From Podarcis erhardii (Eukaryota): a DNA stretch of 64,000 nucleotides. The position numbers were made by a program, and so were the translations under genes. Where the stretch lies: assembly GCA_964252035.1 (NCBI GenBank), contig OZ176201.1; one strand, 5' to 3'. Shown piece by piece: positions 11,685 to 23,272 of this stretch. Every line of letters begins with the position of its first letter. The stretch's first letter is position 1. The notes under the pieces were generated by a model. The model was not told where the DNA came from and did not search any database. It saw only the letters and a program-made list of their open reading frames with translations.

Positions 11685-12914
11685 TGAAACTCTACATAAA
11701 TATTATTATAAAATTGTTTCTGAGACATGGGTCTCCCAGTCTAACTCAGTTAAAGTACTGTACAAACATAGACAATAACAACTGACACTTCTTATTCAGA
11801 AGGACAGACAAATCTGTCAGTTTCAGATTCTCATTTTTCCCAAACATAAGTTCAGTTCATTCCATTTTCACATCCATTTGCCATTTTCCCTTGAAAAAGT
11901 CCACATGAAGATTCACAGTTCACACACACATTTCTTTCGATCTTTGTGCAGTTTTGTCCAATATCGTTTTTGCAAGGAATTTCCCCAACTATGTTGCTTT
12001 GCATACTATTTCCATATAGTTGTGCACACTTTTTCATTGGATAACTGCAGCACAAAATTTGGGGAAGTGAGAATTCTGAAGGGTATCTTATTAGTGCAGG
12101 AAGTGTGACTTGGGTCATTCGTATCAACTTCTCCCCCATCCCTACTCAAATAAACGTGGGTTGCAGCCTCACAACCCCTAGCTATTTTGTTCCTACTTCT
12201 TCTTTTCCAGATGCCTGTTTTGTCTTGGATCTTACCCAGCCACTGGTAAACCTGAGGTCAGGCAACTTGGCTAAGCCCTTCTCAGTCAACAGCTCCACCT
12301 CCCTACATGCTTGGTGGGTCATCTTGGAAGAAGAAGAAAGAGGTCCATTCATTGAGAAACAGAAGGTTGACTTCAAAGCAACTCTCACAGCAGCCTGCCC
12401 AAGTTCAGGTGGGTGGGGAAATCAATATCACCATCGTGTATCTACGAAAAATGCTTTATTGTGGATTAGACAAGGCACATGTTGTTGAAGAGGCATTTAC
12501 TGAAATATGAGCTCTTGCCGATAGTATACTCGCCATCCTGGCTTGAACTTTCTGCAAGGCGTCGCCCCAAACCTGAACTGGCTTTAGGGTTGAGTTTTAA
12601 TGTGGCTCTGCCTAGTTAACACCTGCTTCCTCTTTAACAGAGCCCATCAAAACTAAACATGGGCACAACTGAAAGACAGGCATGTACTCCCTTGCAGTAA
12701 TCTGGAGCTGCCACATCCACTGCAATGTGCAAATGAAGCTCCAAGCACAGACTGCCGTGTTCATTGCAACAGAGACAGCCAACCTCCATGTACAAAGAAT
12801 GGAAGCACAGATTTTCTCCCTCCGGCAAAATGAATGGATTGGCTCTCTGTGTGTAGGTGTTTGTGTAGACCAGAGCTCCCACAACCATCAGGCATTGAGG
12901 AGCATGGCAAAATA

Positions 12915-13039
12915 ATTTCAAGGGACCACAACGATCATCTAGTCCAACCCCTGCAATGCAGAAATCTTCCACCTGGTGCGGGACTCGAACCCACAACCCT
13001 AAGATTAACAGTCTTGTGTTTTGCCAATTGAGCTATCCC
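12915..13039 (-). mobile_element. tRNA-head/CR1-tail SINE (Squam2-like)
   Basis: Minus strand: GGGATAGCTCAATTGG...TTAATCTTAGGGTTGTGGGTTCGAGTCCC (tRNA-Lys-like head) fused to GCAGGGGTTGGACTAGATGATC...GGTCCCTT (CR1-type 3' end). Confidence 0.7.
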
Positions 13040-13804
13040 TCAGCTGCCCCTTCTCCAAAAATGGATTTTAGGGCTGTATATAAAAAGAAACGTAGAATTA
13101 CAAAAATAAATAATGCAATAAAATGAAGAGGAATAAAACTATCCCACCAGTGTGTGTGTGTGTGTGTTTTGGGTAAATAATAAAGTTGGAACCTGGCACC
13201 GAAAATAATAAACTGTTGGCATCCAGGTGCCAACCCAGTGAAGGTCATTTCTTTTGGACATACAGCCACTGTACTTTTCCTGCAGGTGAAACAGACTTCC
13301 TCTGATGACCTGGGTGCATAGGCATTAAGAATTCAAGCCATTTCCCCCCCACAACTGAAGTCAATGGGGCTTGATGGATTTACAACCCCGTCTAGCTAGA
13401 TGGACAGGTCTGTGGCTTGGCCTTAATGAAAGGACTCCTGCCCTTTGCACAACAAGCCTTTCCAGGAAGGCCACCAAGAACCTTTCTCACAACAGGCTTC
13501 AGGGGGATGTCTGCCACAGGCTACGCACATGCAGAACTGAAGAAACACGATCTGCTCGCTCCTCTGTGTGAAAATCACCATTTGGGTGTCACAAAGGTTT
13601 CCTTGTCTCTCTTTCTGCTCCTTCAGACTGGTCCTGGCCAGAAGGTCAACCCCTTGAACTGCAATTATTGGAATGGATTCCAAAACATCCCCCCTCAGAG
13701 GAATCAGTCTCCACATGCTCAGAAATATAGACCGGAGACTTTTTCAAAGCAAAACTTTGAAAAACTTATCTGTGAACTGGAGCAGCCCTGTTTGTTTTTG
13801 CTCT

Positions 13805-13965
13805 GGAGTACAAGTCCAGAATCTGGGTTCAAATCACTCAACCCTAAAGCTCACTAAAGTGACCTTGGGCCAGTAGCTTTCTCTTGGCCTAACCTACCTC
13901 ACAGGGCTGTTGTGAGGATAAAATGAGGAAGGGGAGAAACTTACGGTATATGTTACCTCGAGCTG
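13805..13965 (+). mobile_element. Old CORE/MIR-like SINE remnant
   Basis: TGGGTTCAAATC B box, GTGACCTTGGGCCAG and CCTACCTCACAGGGCTGTTGTGAGGATAAAATGAG CORE-type motifs. Confidence 0.6.
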
Positions 13966-14433
13966 TTCGGATGAACATTTGAATCCTCAATAACTGGTAT
14001 GCACAACCCTTCTCAACCCGCACACTTATGTGTTTTGCAACATATGTATTTCTTTGAATGTCTGGTTATTGTTCTGCTACTGTTCTGCTTGTGAAAGGAT
14101 TATTCATACAGCCAGTGCAAACAATGGCAACAGGGGCAAATGTGAGGCTCTGCCTAAGCTACTGGTGGGGACAGAAAGGAGAAACATTAAGAAGGGAACC
14201 TCATGCAGGAGGCAGAAACATCAGCATAAGAGTTACGAGTTTGCTTATGAAGCCTGGAGGAGTAGGATATTCTGAGTGGTTTACCCAATGATTTCTAAAA
14301 ACAGTGGCTTCGTACGTATGCAACCTTTTCTTCTAGGACTCCCATGTCTTTCACTGCTGCATGGTAGGCAGCTCTTTTGGACATCTTTCTTACATGCCTA
14401 GACCAGGGGTGGCCAACCTATTCTATTATTTAA

Positions 14434-14775
14434 GCGACGTGGGTGGCGCTGTGGTCTAAACGATAGAGCCTAGGGCTTGCCGATCAGAAGGTGGGCGGTT
14501 CGAATCCCCATGACAGGGTAAGCTTCCATTGCTCGGTCCCTGCTCCTGCCAACCTAGCAGTTCGAAAGCCCATCAAAGTGCAAGTAGATAAATAGGTACC
14601 GCTCCGGCGGGAAGGTAAATGGTGTTTCCATTCACTGCTCTGGTTTCGCCAGTCATGCTGGCCAAATGACGCAGAAGCTATACGCCGGCTCCCTCGGCCA
14701 GTAAAGCGAGATGAGTGCCGCAACCCCAGAGTCATCTGCAACTGGACCTAATGGTCATAGGTCCCTTTACTTTTA
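14434..14775 (+). mobile_element. Sauria SINE, near full length
   Basis: Same head, body and tail as the 3293 copy. TSD CTATTCTATTATT (14418-14430 and 14776-14788). Confidence 0.9.
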
Positions 14776-14781
14776 CTATTC

Positions 14782-14816
<35 letters not shown>

Positions 14817-14945
14817 TATTTATACACAGCTCATCTGACTGGGTTGCCCCAGCCACTCTGGGCGGCTTCCAACATATATAAAAACATAATAAAACATTAA
14901 ACATTAAAGAACTTCTCCATACAGAGCTGCCTTCAGATAGCTCAG
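14776..14945 (-). mobile_element. L2 LINE 3' end with (TAA)n tail
   Basis: Reverse complement of TTGGAAGCCGCCCAGAGTGGCTGGGGCAACCCAGTCAGATG...TATAAATA(ATA)n; same family as 25281, 31455, 47935 and 52365. Confidence 0.7.
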
Positions 14946-14959
14946 GGGTTGGATAACTC

Positions 14960-15097
14960 CATACCCGCCAACATTTCTCCAATGAAAATAGGGACATCCA
15001 AAGGAAAAAAGGGACATTCTGGGATCAAATCAGAAACCAGGATGACGTCTGTAAATCTGGGACTGTCTCTGGAAAATAGGGAAACTTGGAGGGTCTG
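14960..15097. mobile_element. hAT-like MITE
   Basis: Termini CATACCCGCCAAC / CTTGGAGGGTCTG; internal AAAATAGGGA repeats. TSD not convincing. Confidence 0.55.
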
Positions 15098-16896
15098 CTA
15101 CACTGAGCCTGGAAATAGCTATCCTGAGTGTCCCAGTCTAAACCTATGGTTTGCCTATTCTAGCTCATGAATGCGAAAGGTCACCCAAAGTAGTGACAAG
15201 GCTACAAGAATTGTCTCCGGCACTAAGCGGAGGAGACGTTCACATTTGGAGTTAATGATTTCAGATATCACAAAAATAAACGCAATATGTCCATCTGTTA
15301 CAACTTGGCAGGCACCGGCTTTATGCAAATGATGTGCAAAACCTGTTAATTACAATTAGCTCAAATATACAAATTAGATGCCGGCACCTGGATATCGTAT
15401 GTTGCCAATGTGGTTCTCAGAGCTGTTCACCCCTGGGCTAAAGGGACCTGCAGCAGAAGTCTATACAACTTATGGAAACATGTATTTGGATTTAGCCTTG
15501 CGAAAATGACTTCTAACAAATCTGTCTCACTCAGACATGTCTTTCTTCCCCATCACCTCCCCTGCAAGCTTCTTTCGGACGTCAAACCCAAAGAGAGCAA
15601 AAGCATCAATCAGATTTTCCCTCGAGCCGTCGCCAGGAAAGAATGTCTACTGGTGTGGGTATTGTTATAGCTAACCTACATCTGTTTTCTTAAAATTAAA
15701 AACAGCAACAGCATTTTCACATTTAGAAAATGAGATACAAATCCACTGCATTAATGCATTTATTATTACAAGGGTAAGAAAGGTAAAGCTATTATATTGC
15801 TTGACTTCCAGATTATAGATTAATTAAATTGATTTAATTAATTTCTTAAATTCTTATGGAGCAGCTACATCATCAAATCAACCCCATGGTCCTTAATCTG
15901 TAACTACACACACACACACACTGGACTTCAACAACTTAAACATTCCTTAGTTTTCTTGCTTTCTCAACATGGTTGTTCATTTTATAATCCCAACCTGCTC
16001 CTATAACTTCCTTATCAGGTCTGTTTTACTTGGTCTTGCACTTCCCCCTTAGTTTTTAGCATATCCTATCATGACCATCATAGGAATGCATCATACCCGC
16101 ACTTGGTTAGGTCATTAGGGTGCTATATTTTACATAATTAAATGAACAAAGCAAAGTGTCCATCTGAAATGCATCTTTAAGCATATTAATCACCATATGC
16201 TAAAAGCTCGCAGCCTTCTGGCATCTCCATCCAATTTGATATAAATCTTCCCCGACCAAGTGCATTGCCTTGAGGTCAGATTCAACGTTGATTTTTACCA
16301 GAAATAAATTATTTGCGTTAAAACTATTGCCTCAATTACCCTCCACATTCTACTTTTATTATGACAACATGTAATTCCGTTTTAATCAGTAAACTTGTTA
16401 AAAGCACGCAATTGACTCAATTGCAAAACTCTGAATAAGTGGCTAATGTGTAGGGCAATTGAAGTTTTGTTGTGGTTACCTCAGTGGCACTTCACAGTTA
16501 CCATAGTTCCTTGAATTACAAAGCAATAAGGGCAGGTCTCGGCCGGGGTCATTTGTGTGAAAGACTTGCGCCAACAACAGTCATTTTTTTTGGTCTGACA
16601 GAAGAAAACAGGATTAGGAGCCGCATGTTAGACCTAGGGAGGGTTAGGAATAGTAGTCTAATTAAATGTATCAGGCAAGGAACCTAGAAATCCTGATTTC
16701 TAGGCACTGTCTGTGGAGATACTGGGTGATCTGTATGCAGAGCAGGGAATCCTGCAAGGACTGGAATCAGCAAATAAAAGGAAGAAGTAGAAGCTAGAGA
16801 CATCTAAATCAGTTGGTTTTGAGCTGTGTTTTGAGATCTTTTGGGGGGCAGCCACAGATAGGCTCCTTGCCAAATGTTGTGGTGCTCAATTTAGAC

Positions 16897-17028
16897 CAAG
16901 GTTCCCCAAACTTGGGTCTCCAGCCGCTTTTGGACTACAATTTCCATCATCCCTGACCAGAGGTCCTGCCAGCTAGGAATGATGGGAGTTGTAGTCCAAA
17001 AACAGCTGGAGACCCAAGTCTGGGAACC
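16897..17028. mobile_element. hAT MITE, same family as 61109-61244
   Basis: Long arms CTTGGGTCTCCAGC..TTTTGGACTACAA / TTGTAGTCCAAAAACAGCTGGAGACCCAAG; right terminus degraded. Confidence 0.75.
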
Positions 17029-17321
17029 AAGTTTGTGAACCAAGTTTGTCCAAGGTCAGCATCAGGAAACACAGCAAAAAACGGTGGTCTTATTTAGCAG
17101 ATATTCAAAGGAACTGACCCGATTTCAGCTTCTAGAGCATAGTCCCAGGAATGGCTGAGTGATGAGGGCAGCTGTCGCTAGGGGTGGACTTTGATAACTT
17201 GGTGCCCTGAGCAAGGACAAAATTTGCCCCCTACTTTAATATTTCTTATTTTCACAATAATTCCTTTTGGTACAGTTGCATTTATATGGATCTTCTCAGT
17301 AGGTTCCCGTATTAATATAGG

Positions 17322-17386
17322 TTTATTATTATTATTATTGTTATTGTTATTGTTATTGTTATCATTATTGTTATTGTTATTATTAT
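17322..17386. repeat. Mixed (TTA/TTG)n trinucleotide repeat
   Basis: Read directly; explains the poly-Leu ORF 17191-17541. Confidence 0.9.
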
Positions 17387-17775
17387 TTTGCTCCCCTTTG
17401 GTTCAGCACCTTGTGCAGGGAAGACACCCAAACCACCCTAAATCTGGCGCAGCTCTTACACAGTTCCTCAAATATGACCCAGTGTCTGGGGAAAATTATC
17501 ATTGTCCAAAAGCACAGCAAGTGTTATTTTTGGTTAAGTAGAATGTTAGCTAGGTCTACAAGGGAGCAAGATGGCTGTTACGAAGCATCCTCAAAGGAAG
17601 TCTTTATTTCCTCCGGTCTTCTCCCCTAAGGCCTTGTGCCTCTGAAGGCATTGCTTTATCCAGAGAAAGGAGCTTCCACCTACAATTTATTGTTATTAGG
17701 AGCACAGTAGACGTTACAGACAAATGTGTGTAATAAATCTTTCTTTCTGACAAATAACTGGGGGGGGGGGGGAGG

Positions 17776-18231
17776 TGTCAGGGAACTGCCATCAGTACTG
17801 GAGGGAGAGTGCAAAAGCCAGAGGGATTCCAGAGAGCGTCCAGGGATCAGAAGAAGCAGCCCATCTTCTGGGGAAGAGAATCAGCGTAGCACCAGTGGAG
17901 AAGGGGGGCAGGTGGGGGAAGTGGCGAGGCGGTCCCATGACTCCTTGCCGGGGACCAGCGGGGAGAGCAGAGGTCCTCCGTTGCCCACGCCCTCCCTGCG
18001 CAGAAGGCTTTCGCGCAGAGAGGGTAGGCGGAGACTAGGCGTCAAAGAGCTTCTTTGCTGGAAGAAGTTTAAGAAACGCCCACTGACGGATTCTGCCAGC
18101 GATTGAGTCAGCCACGGGTGAGTGGCTGTCCGGACAGAGGAGGTTCACTTTGGCAGCCCAGCCAGGTGTTTGCACCCAGCCAGGGAGATAGGCATCTGCT
18201 TACACACGAGCAACCCCTTAGAACCATTACA
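17776..18231. mobile_element. Solo LTR (probably Gypsy/Ty3-type), 456 bp, in ST6GALNAC2 intron 1
   Basis: TGT...ACA termini flanked by a perfect 5-bp TSD GGAGG (17771-17775 and 18232-18236); CpG retained. Confidence 0.75.
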
Positions 18232-18399
18232 GGAGGCTGCTTAATCCTTTCCGCACCGGCCATTTCACTGCTGAAAATAGTATATCTCTCTCATCCCATC
18301 CACCAGCTTCTTTCTCATGGACTCATATAATTTTAGGATGAGAAGAGACGCCTGTGAGGTTCCATATACAGGCAAATGTGCATGTAACTCTATGAGGCT

Positions 18400-18545
18400 G
18401 TATTTTAATGTTTTAATGTATTTTAGTCTTGTTTTTTAAGCTGTATTTCAGTCAATTGTTTTTATATTTGGTGTTAGCCACCCTGAGCCCGGTCTTGGCT
18501 GAGGAGGGCGGGGTATAAATAAAATTTATTATTATTATTATTATT
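18400..18545 (+). mobile_element. L2-type LINE 3' tail (different subfamily)
   Basis: TGTTAGCCACCCTGAGCCC...GAGGGCGGGGTATAAATAAAA(TTA)n. Confidence 0.6.
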
Positions 18546-18710
18546 AACTCTACAGGTGAACACCAGCTAGAGGCTGGAGCAGAGAAAGGGACCTTCCCCT
18601 CCACAGCTCATCTGATACAAATCCCAGCCTCCAAAGGCTGTGTTTCCCTGTGCTCTAGTTTTCATTAGAAGCATTTAGCTCGCCCTTAGTTGGCCTAGAA
18701 ATGGGGGTCA

Positions 18711-18924
18711 ATTTGGATTTGATATCCCACTTTATCACTGCCCTAAGAAGTCTCAAAGCGGCTAACAATCTCTTTTCCCTTCCTCCCTCACAACAAACAC
18801 TCTGTGAGGTGAGTGGGGCTGAGAGACTTCAGAGAAGTGTGACTGGGCCAAGGTCACCCAGCAGCTGCATGTGGAGGAGCGGAGACGCGAACCCGGTTCA
18901 CCAGATTACAAGTCCACTGCTCTT
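18711..18924 (-). mobile_element. Squam3-like SINE, 5'-truncated copy
   Basis: Nearly identical to 11093-11305 (the ORF track gives near-identical peptides). A box missing. Confidence 0.8.
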
Positions 18925-19447
18925 GTGCTCCTTGCCATTTGCTTTCTTCGTAAGGAAAAACTCTGGTGCAGATTTACCAGATCCTGCCCCTCTGAAAACA
19001 TGCAGTGAGGAGGAAGTCACTTTGATGTATAAAAAGAAAGAGAGGGGAAAAGAAGGAATGAGACCCAAATGTTTATTTTGCAACTAGACTATACGTATAC
19101 CAGCAGGGCAATGGTGTGGGAAATGGAAAGTTCTGATAAGCGAGTTGAGATGAAAAACTGAACTTTCCATCTCAATAAAAATAGGACACGTTATTACCTC
19201 CTATCATTCTGGAAAATGCTGGGGCAATTGTCATCCATCTTTCAACTGGAATTGTTGTGGGGTGGTGGGGAGGGGAGGTTGGATAAGAGATATCAGAGAT
19301 TCGACCCTCACAGACCTGACAGAATGTGTTGTTTGCTCAATTGAAAGGAAGAGGTTGGGAAACAGGCTGGGCCATTATGCCTCCTAAACTCCAAGGAGCT
19401 GCCCTGAAGGACATGAACAGTAAAGAATTGCCCACAAACTCTAACTT

Positions 19448-19713
19448 TAGGGTTGCCATATTTCAAACCGTGAAAATCCAGACAGTTGTTGAGCTTGTTT
19501 AAGTTTTGCCCAAAGTGGTTGAGCTTTTGGGGCAAAATTGCTTTTTTAAAAAATGCCGTTTTTGAGCTATTTTTATTTTTAAAAGGCACTGCCGACATCG
19601 GCTGCCGTATGTCCGGATTTTCCAGTACGTCTGTGCCGATTTCCGCTTTGACAATGCTGCTGACTGCAGTATTCTGGATATATCTGGCCAAATCTGGACG
19701 TATGGCAATCCTA
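19448..19713. mobile_element. hAT-like MITE with TAGGGTTGCCATA termini
   Basis: TAGGGTTGCCATA ... TATGGCAATCCTA inverted termini. TSD only partly recognisable (TAACTT / TAATTT). Confidence 0.7.
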
Positions 19714-20050
19714 TAATTTAGAACTTTTCTGTTTTACAACAAAGACAAATGTGTCCATTTCACTGTGAATTTAGTCATGCTGAGAAGGTTAGGCCATAGC
19801 AGAAAAACTGAGGAGGAGGAGGGGGGCAGAGAGAGCTCTTAAACCATACGTAGCTTGGATATGGAATGCCTTTCAAGTTCTTGAGATAACAAGTTTGTGA
19901 GCAGAATGACTTTTCCTCATTGGAAGATGGGACTTTCCCTCCCCTCCTCCCCCTGTGCACACCATGCCATCTCCCAATCTGCTCTGGAGGATTGGAGGAA
20001 ACCCCACAACATATTTAGATGGAACGGGAATGGGGGGGGGCAGCCCAGTC

Positions 20051-20187
20051 CATAGACTCATAGAGTTGGAAGGGATCACGAGGGTCATCTAGTCCAACCC
20101 CCTGCAGTGCAGGAATCTCTCACCCAACATGGGCTCAAACCCATGATCCTGAAATTAAGAGTCTCGTGCTCCATCAACTGAGCCATC
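20051..20187 (-). mobile_element. tRNA-head/CR1-tail SINE (Squam2-like)
   Basis: Same structure as 12915-13039, with a CCTTCCAACTCTATGAGTCTATG tail. Confidence 0.7.
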
Positions 20188-20452
20188 ATGCCTGGCTACT
20201 GTGCAAGCAAAAGTTGTTCTGCGACTTAGCAGTACATTGAACATGATGCTTGCCAAATGGTTTCGGTTATCTGGGATCTAAGTTTTGGCTCCCAACCTGT
20301 TCCGAGAGAATCATCCCTTCTGAGCCCCTCATCCAACTCTTCAGCCGTAATGAAAGCAGATGACATCTGTAGGAGCCCATGAGCTGTAGGGCAAGTCCTT
20401 TAAGCTTAGTGAACTTAATGTGGGTGAACCATCTTGCAGCCACTTCACAACA

Positions 20453-20570
20453 TAGGCTTCGTCAAGCTGGCGCCAGGAAGACGCTCTGAACCACAACTCC
20501 CACCAGCTGGCTGGGCCTGAGGAGAGTTATGGTCCAAAACATCTGCAGGGCGCCAGCTTGATAAAGGCTG
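20453..20570. mobile_element. hAT-like MITE, older copy
   Basis: Inverted ends TCAAGCTGGCGCC / GGCGCCAGCTTGA; interior CAACTCCCA...AACATCTG like the 61109 family. Confidence 0.6.
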
Positions 20571-21440
20571 CTGTAACATCGTTCCAGCCCTCTGTACGTG
20601 TCTATTCCAACTTTCACACCGCTGCTCTTAGCATAGATTACACAACTTCATCGGCTTAGAAATGCAGGGCTTTAGTCTGCCAGGAGCAGAGGAGGAAGGC
20701 TCCTAAGCAAAGGTAAGGGCAGTACATGTTCCCTGGGATCTGCAACTCATCACGGGACATAGCAGCTAAATGAAGAGCAAAATCTGAGCTGCACTTTGCT
20801 CTCTTGTCCGTGTGTGTGTGGGGGGGGACAACAGCACCCTGCATGTCAACAAACAAGACAAGCCACGCTGCAACCATGCACAGCACGCCATCTTCAAACC
20901 TGAAGCCACCTAGTGGCACCCTCTTAAGAACCCTGCATTCGCCTGCTTGGTCTTCCTGGCCCCACTGTGTGGGAATGTGCCCTTATGGCTAGGAACTCTT
21001 GAATGCACAGGCGTCTGGAAGCCTCAGCTCTCTGCTTCCCATGCATTACTCACTCCGCTGAACTTAATTAGCATGCCTGGCCTGCTTTTTATTCCTAGCC
21101 TTTTGGGAGCTGGGAGTACAATACCCTTCTTCTCTCCCAACCCTTGCCTGCCCTTCCTCGCTCTCCAGGAGAGGTAGCGTTGTCGCTGTGGGCTTTCTTT
21201 CTGCACACATATCTGCCCGCGCCTCGGAGGGCGTGTGTTCCATTGTAAAGCAACATGTGCAGTCACATCTCCGAAATCAAGCTTTGAGGTTCTTCCAGGT
21301 TTAAAACTCCCTCTCGCTTTAAAAATAAACGAACTTGCACGATGTTTTTAGATACAGCTGCGGTTTGGGTCGCAACCCCATCGGATCAAAATAAACCACA
21401 CGCAAACAAAAGAATATTGAGCAAGAGTCTTCGATTCCGA

Positions 21441-21650
21441 GGCTGGGTACACACACCATACCTTAAAAGCACATTTCTCTCCCCACCCCAACCCAAAGAA
21501 GAATGGGAACTGCAGCTTGTTTAAGGGTATTGGGAACTATCGCCCTGCGAGGTGTAAACTACAGTTCCCATGATTCTTTCTTTTCTTTTTTTTTCGGGAG
21601 CAAAGAAAGCGCGCTTGGAATGTGCTTGGAAAGTGCGGTGCGCACGCCGC
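21441..21650. mobile_element. PIF/Harbinger-like MITE inside the ST6GALNAC2 CpG island
   Basis: GGCTGGGTACACACACCAT left end; GGGAACTGCAG...GTAAACTACAGTTCCCATGATTCTTT core; right arm strongly GC-shifted. Confidence 0.65.
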
Positions 21651-21879
21651 TCTTTCCTGTTCTGTTTCCAACACGATTGCCAGGTTCCCCTGGTTTTGAT
21701 TTTTTGGGGGGATTGCGCCTTTCCCCCAAACACACAAGGCATGCCCCTCATTTCTGAGCAACCGGCTGTTCCCAAAGCATGCTAGGCAGGGCTGTGTTTT
21801 TCTCCCGCAACGCTGCTTTTGGGAACATTTCTCCCCCACCACCATCACCACCGCGCCCCGCCCCGCCCTCCTGACTTAC

Positions 21880-21983
21880 CTGGATGAATCCGTCGTGGTG
21901 TAGTAGTGCCCGTAAAAGATGACCGAGAACGTTGTCCCTATCAGGAACAAAAGGCAGAGCCTCTTACACCGGGCAGACCCCAT
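21880..21983 (-). CDS. ST6GALNAC2: ST6GalNAc II, coding exon 1 (MGSARCKRLCLLFLIGTTFSVIFYGHYYTTTDSS(R); cytoplasmic tail plus type II signal anchor)
   Basis: ATG at 21983 inside a CpG island. Short basic tail, then a hydrophobic TM segment. Consensus donor CAG|GTAAGT at 21879, phase 2. Confidence 0.85.
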
Positions 21984-23272
21984 CCAGGCAAGTTTGGAGC
22001 AAGCCAGCAGGAGCAGGAGGAGGAGGAAGAAGCAGCCTTCCTCCAAAAAAGGCTGGCCTCCCGATGCGCGCTATCCTGGGCGCTGCCAAATGAAATCAGA
22101 GCCACCTTCGCTTCCCAAGCGATGCCGCCCTCGCTTTCAAAAAGCAAAAGGGGGGAAAGAAGTGGGGGGCTCCACAGTGGCTCTTTCAAGCTCTTTTGAA
22201 AAGTTCCCGAGTTGCTCTCCTGCCTGACTTGGCCCTCTTGAGCCCAGCTGGAAGAGGTCCCCCAGGGCTTTGGGTATTGAGCGGCGCGTAATAAAGACCT
22301 CCTTCTCTCTCTCTCTCTCTCGCGTCTCCTCCCTCTCCCTGCCCTTCCATCTGTTGATAGCTGCCAATGCACCTTCCCAGGATAGCTAACTTAAGCAGAG
22401 AGAGAGAGAGGCTGTGTAAAACGGGGCGGGGGGGGGGAGAGAGAGACAGGGTACTTCTTCCCTAACTGGTTTAGACTCGCTCGCTGGTGGAGGGGGCGAC
22501 GGGAGTCGCGAGTTCCTACTCCTAAAACAGCTACTAATTCTCAGCGGGCGATTAAACATTTACTCGGGCAGGAAAGGAGCATGCTTGGAAGTTGATCGTT
22601 CTTTAGCCTTGACCCACGAACGTGGTTTATTTTGTTTTCTTTCCCGCCCCCCCCTTTTTGGGGGGGAGCAGGGAGAGGGTGGTGGAATTCATAAACGCTT
22701 ATTTCCGATGAAACAAGGAGCTTTTACGCACCCACGGAAGCGCGCGTGCGCACCCCCGTTTCGAAAACCTCGCAGCAGATATGTGAGAGGTTTCGGGCGG
22801 GGTTGGCGGGGTTGTTAGCGCTAATCTAAATCCGGAGTTACTCCTGCTGTGTTGTTGGGTAAACAGAAGAGCCCTGGAAGAGCTGCTAGGCTAAGTAAAG
22901 ACCCGCCCACCCTCTCTGAAGAATGTATGGAAAAGACCCACGTCCCGTCCCCTCCAACCATTGCAGGTACTCCTCACTGAATTTCCAGGGAGATTTGTCT
23001 CTCCTCTGCCCTGCCCTGAAGAATTCAGACTCCTGTCCCCCACCCCTTGCAACTTCACTGGGCGAAGGCCAGCTCCAGAGGGTGACCAGGTTGGGCATTT
23101 CCCAAGGCCCCAAGACCAACTTTGCACAGAGAATGGGCAAAGTTTGTGTGTCTTGGGCAGTTTGTATGTCTTGCCTTCTCCATGGGGTGCTGTACCTGAG
23201 GAGGGGGCCCAAATCCATGAAGGCCTGATGAATTTGCATGCGCGAGAATTTGCGTGTCTCCATGATATAATA

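Larger units (their letters stand above)
21150..22820. promoter_or_regulatory. CpG island and promoter of ST6GALNAC2, with GC boxes
   Basis: CpG density clearly above the flanks; surrounds exon 1. GGGGCGGG/CCCGCCCC Sp1-type boxes near 21856-21868 and 22402-22410. Boundaries approximate. Confidence 0.7.

Noticed and set aside
12960-13039. tRNA-like sequences (also about 20125-20187, 26360-26410, 11250-11323)
   Set aside because: They are SINE heads: no complete acceptor stem, and each is fused to a LINE-derived tail.
17726-18106. 126-aa low-complexity ORF
   Set aside because: Lies inside the TSD-bounded solo LTR; S/G/R-rich composition reflects GC-rich LTR sequence.
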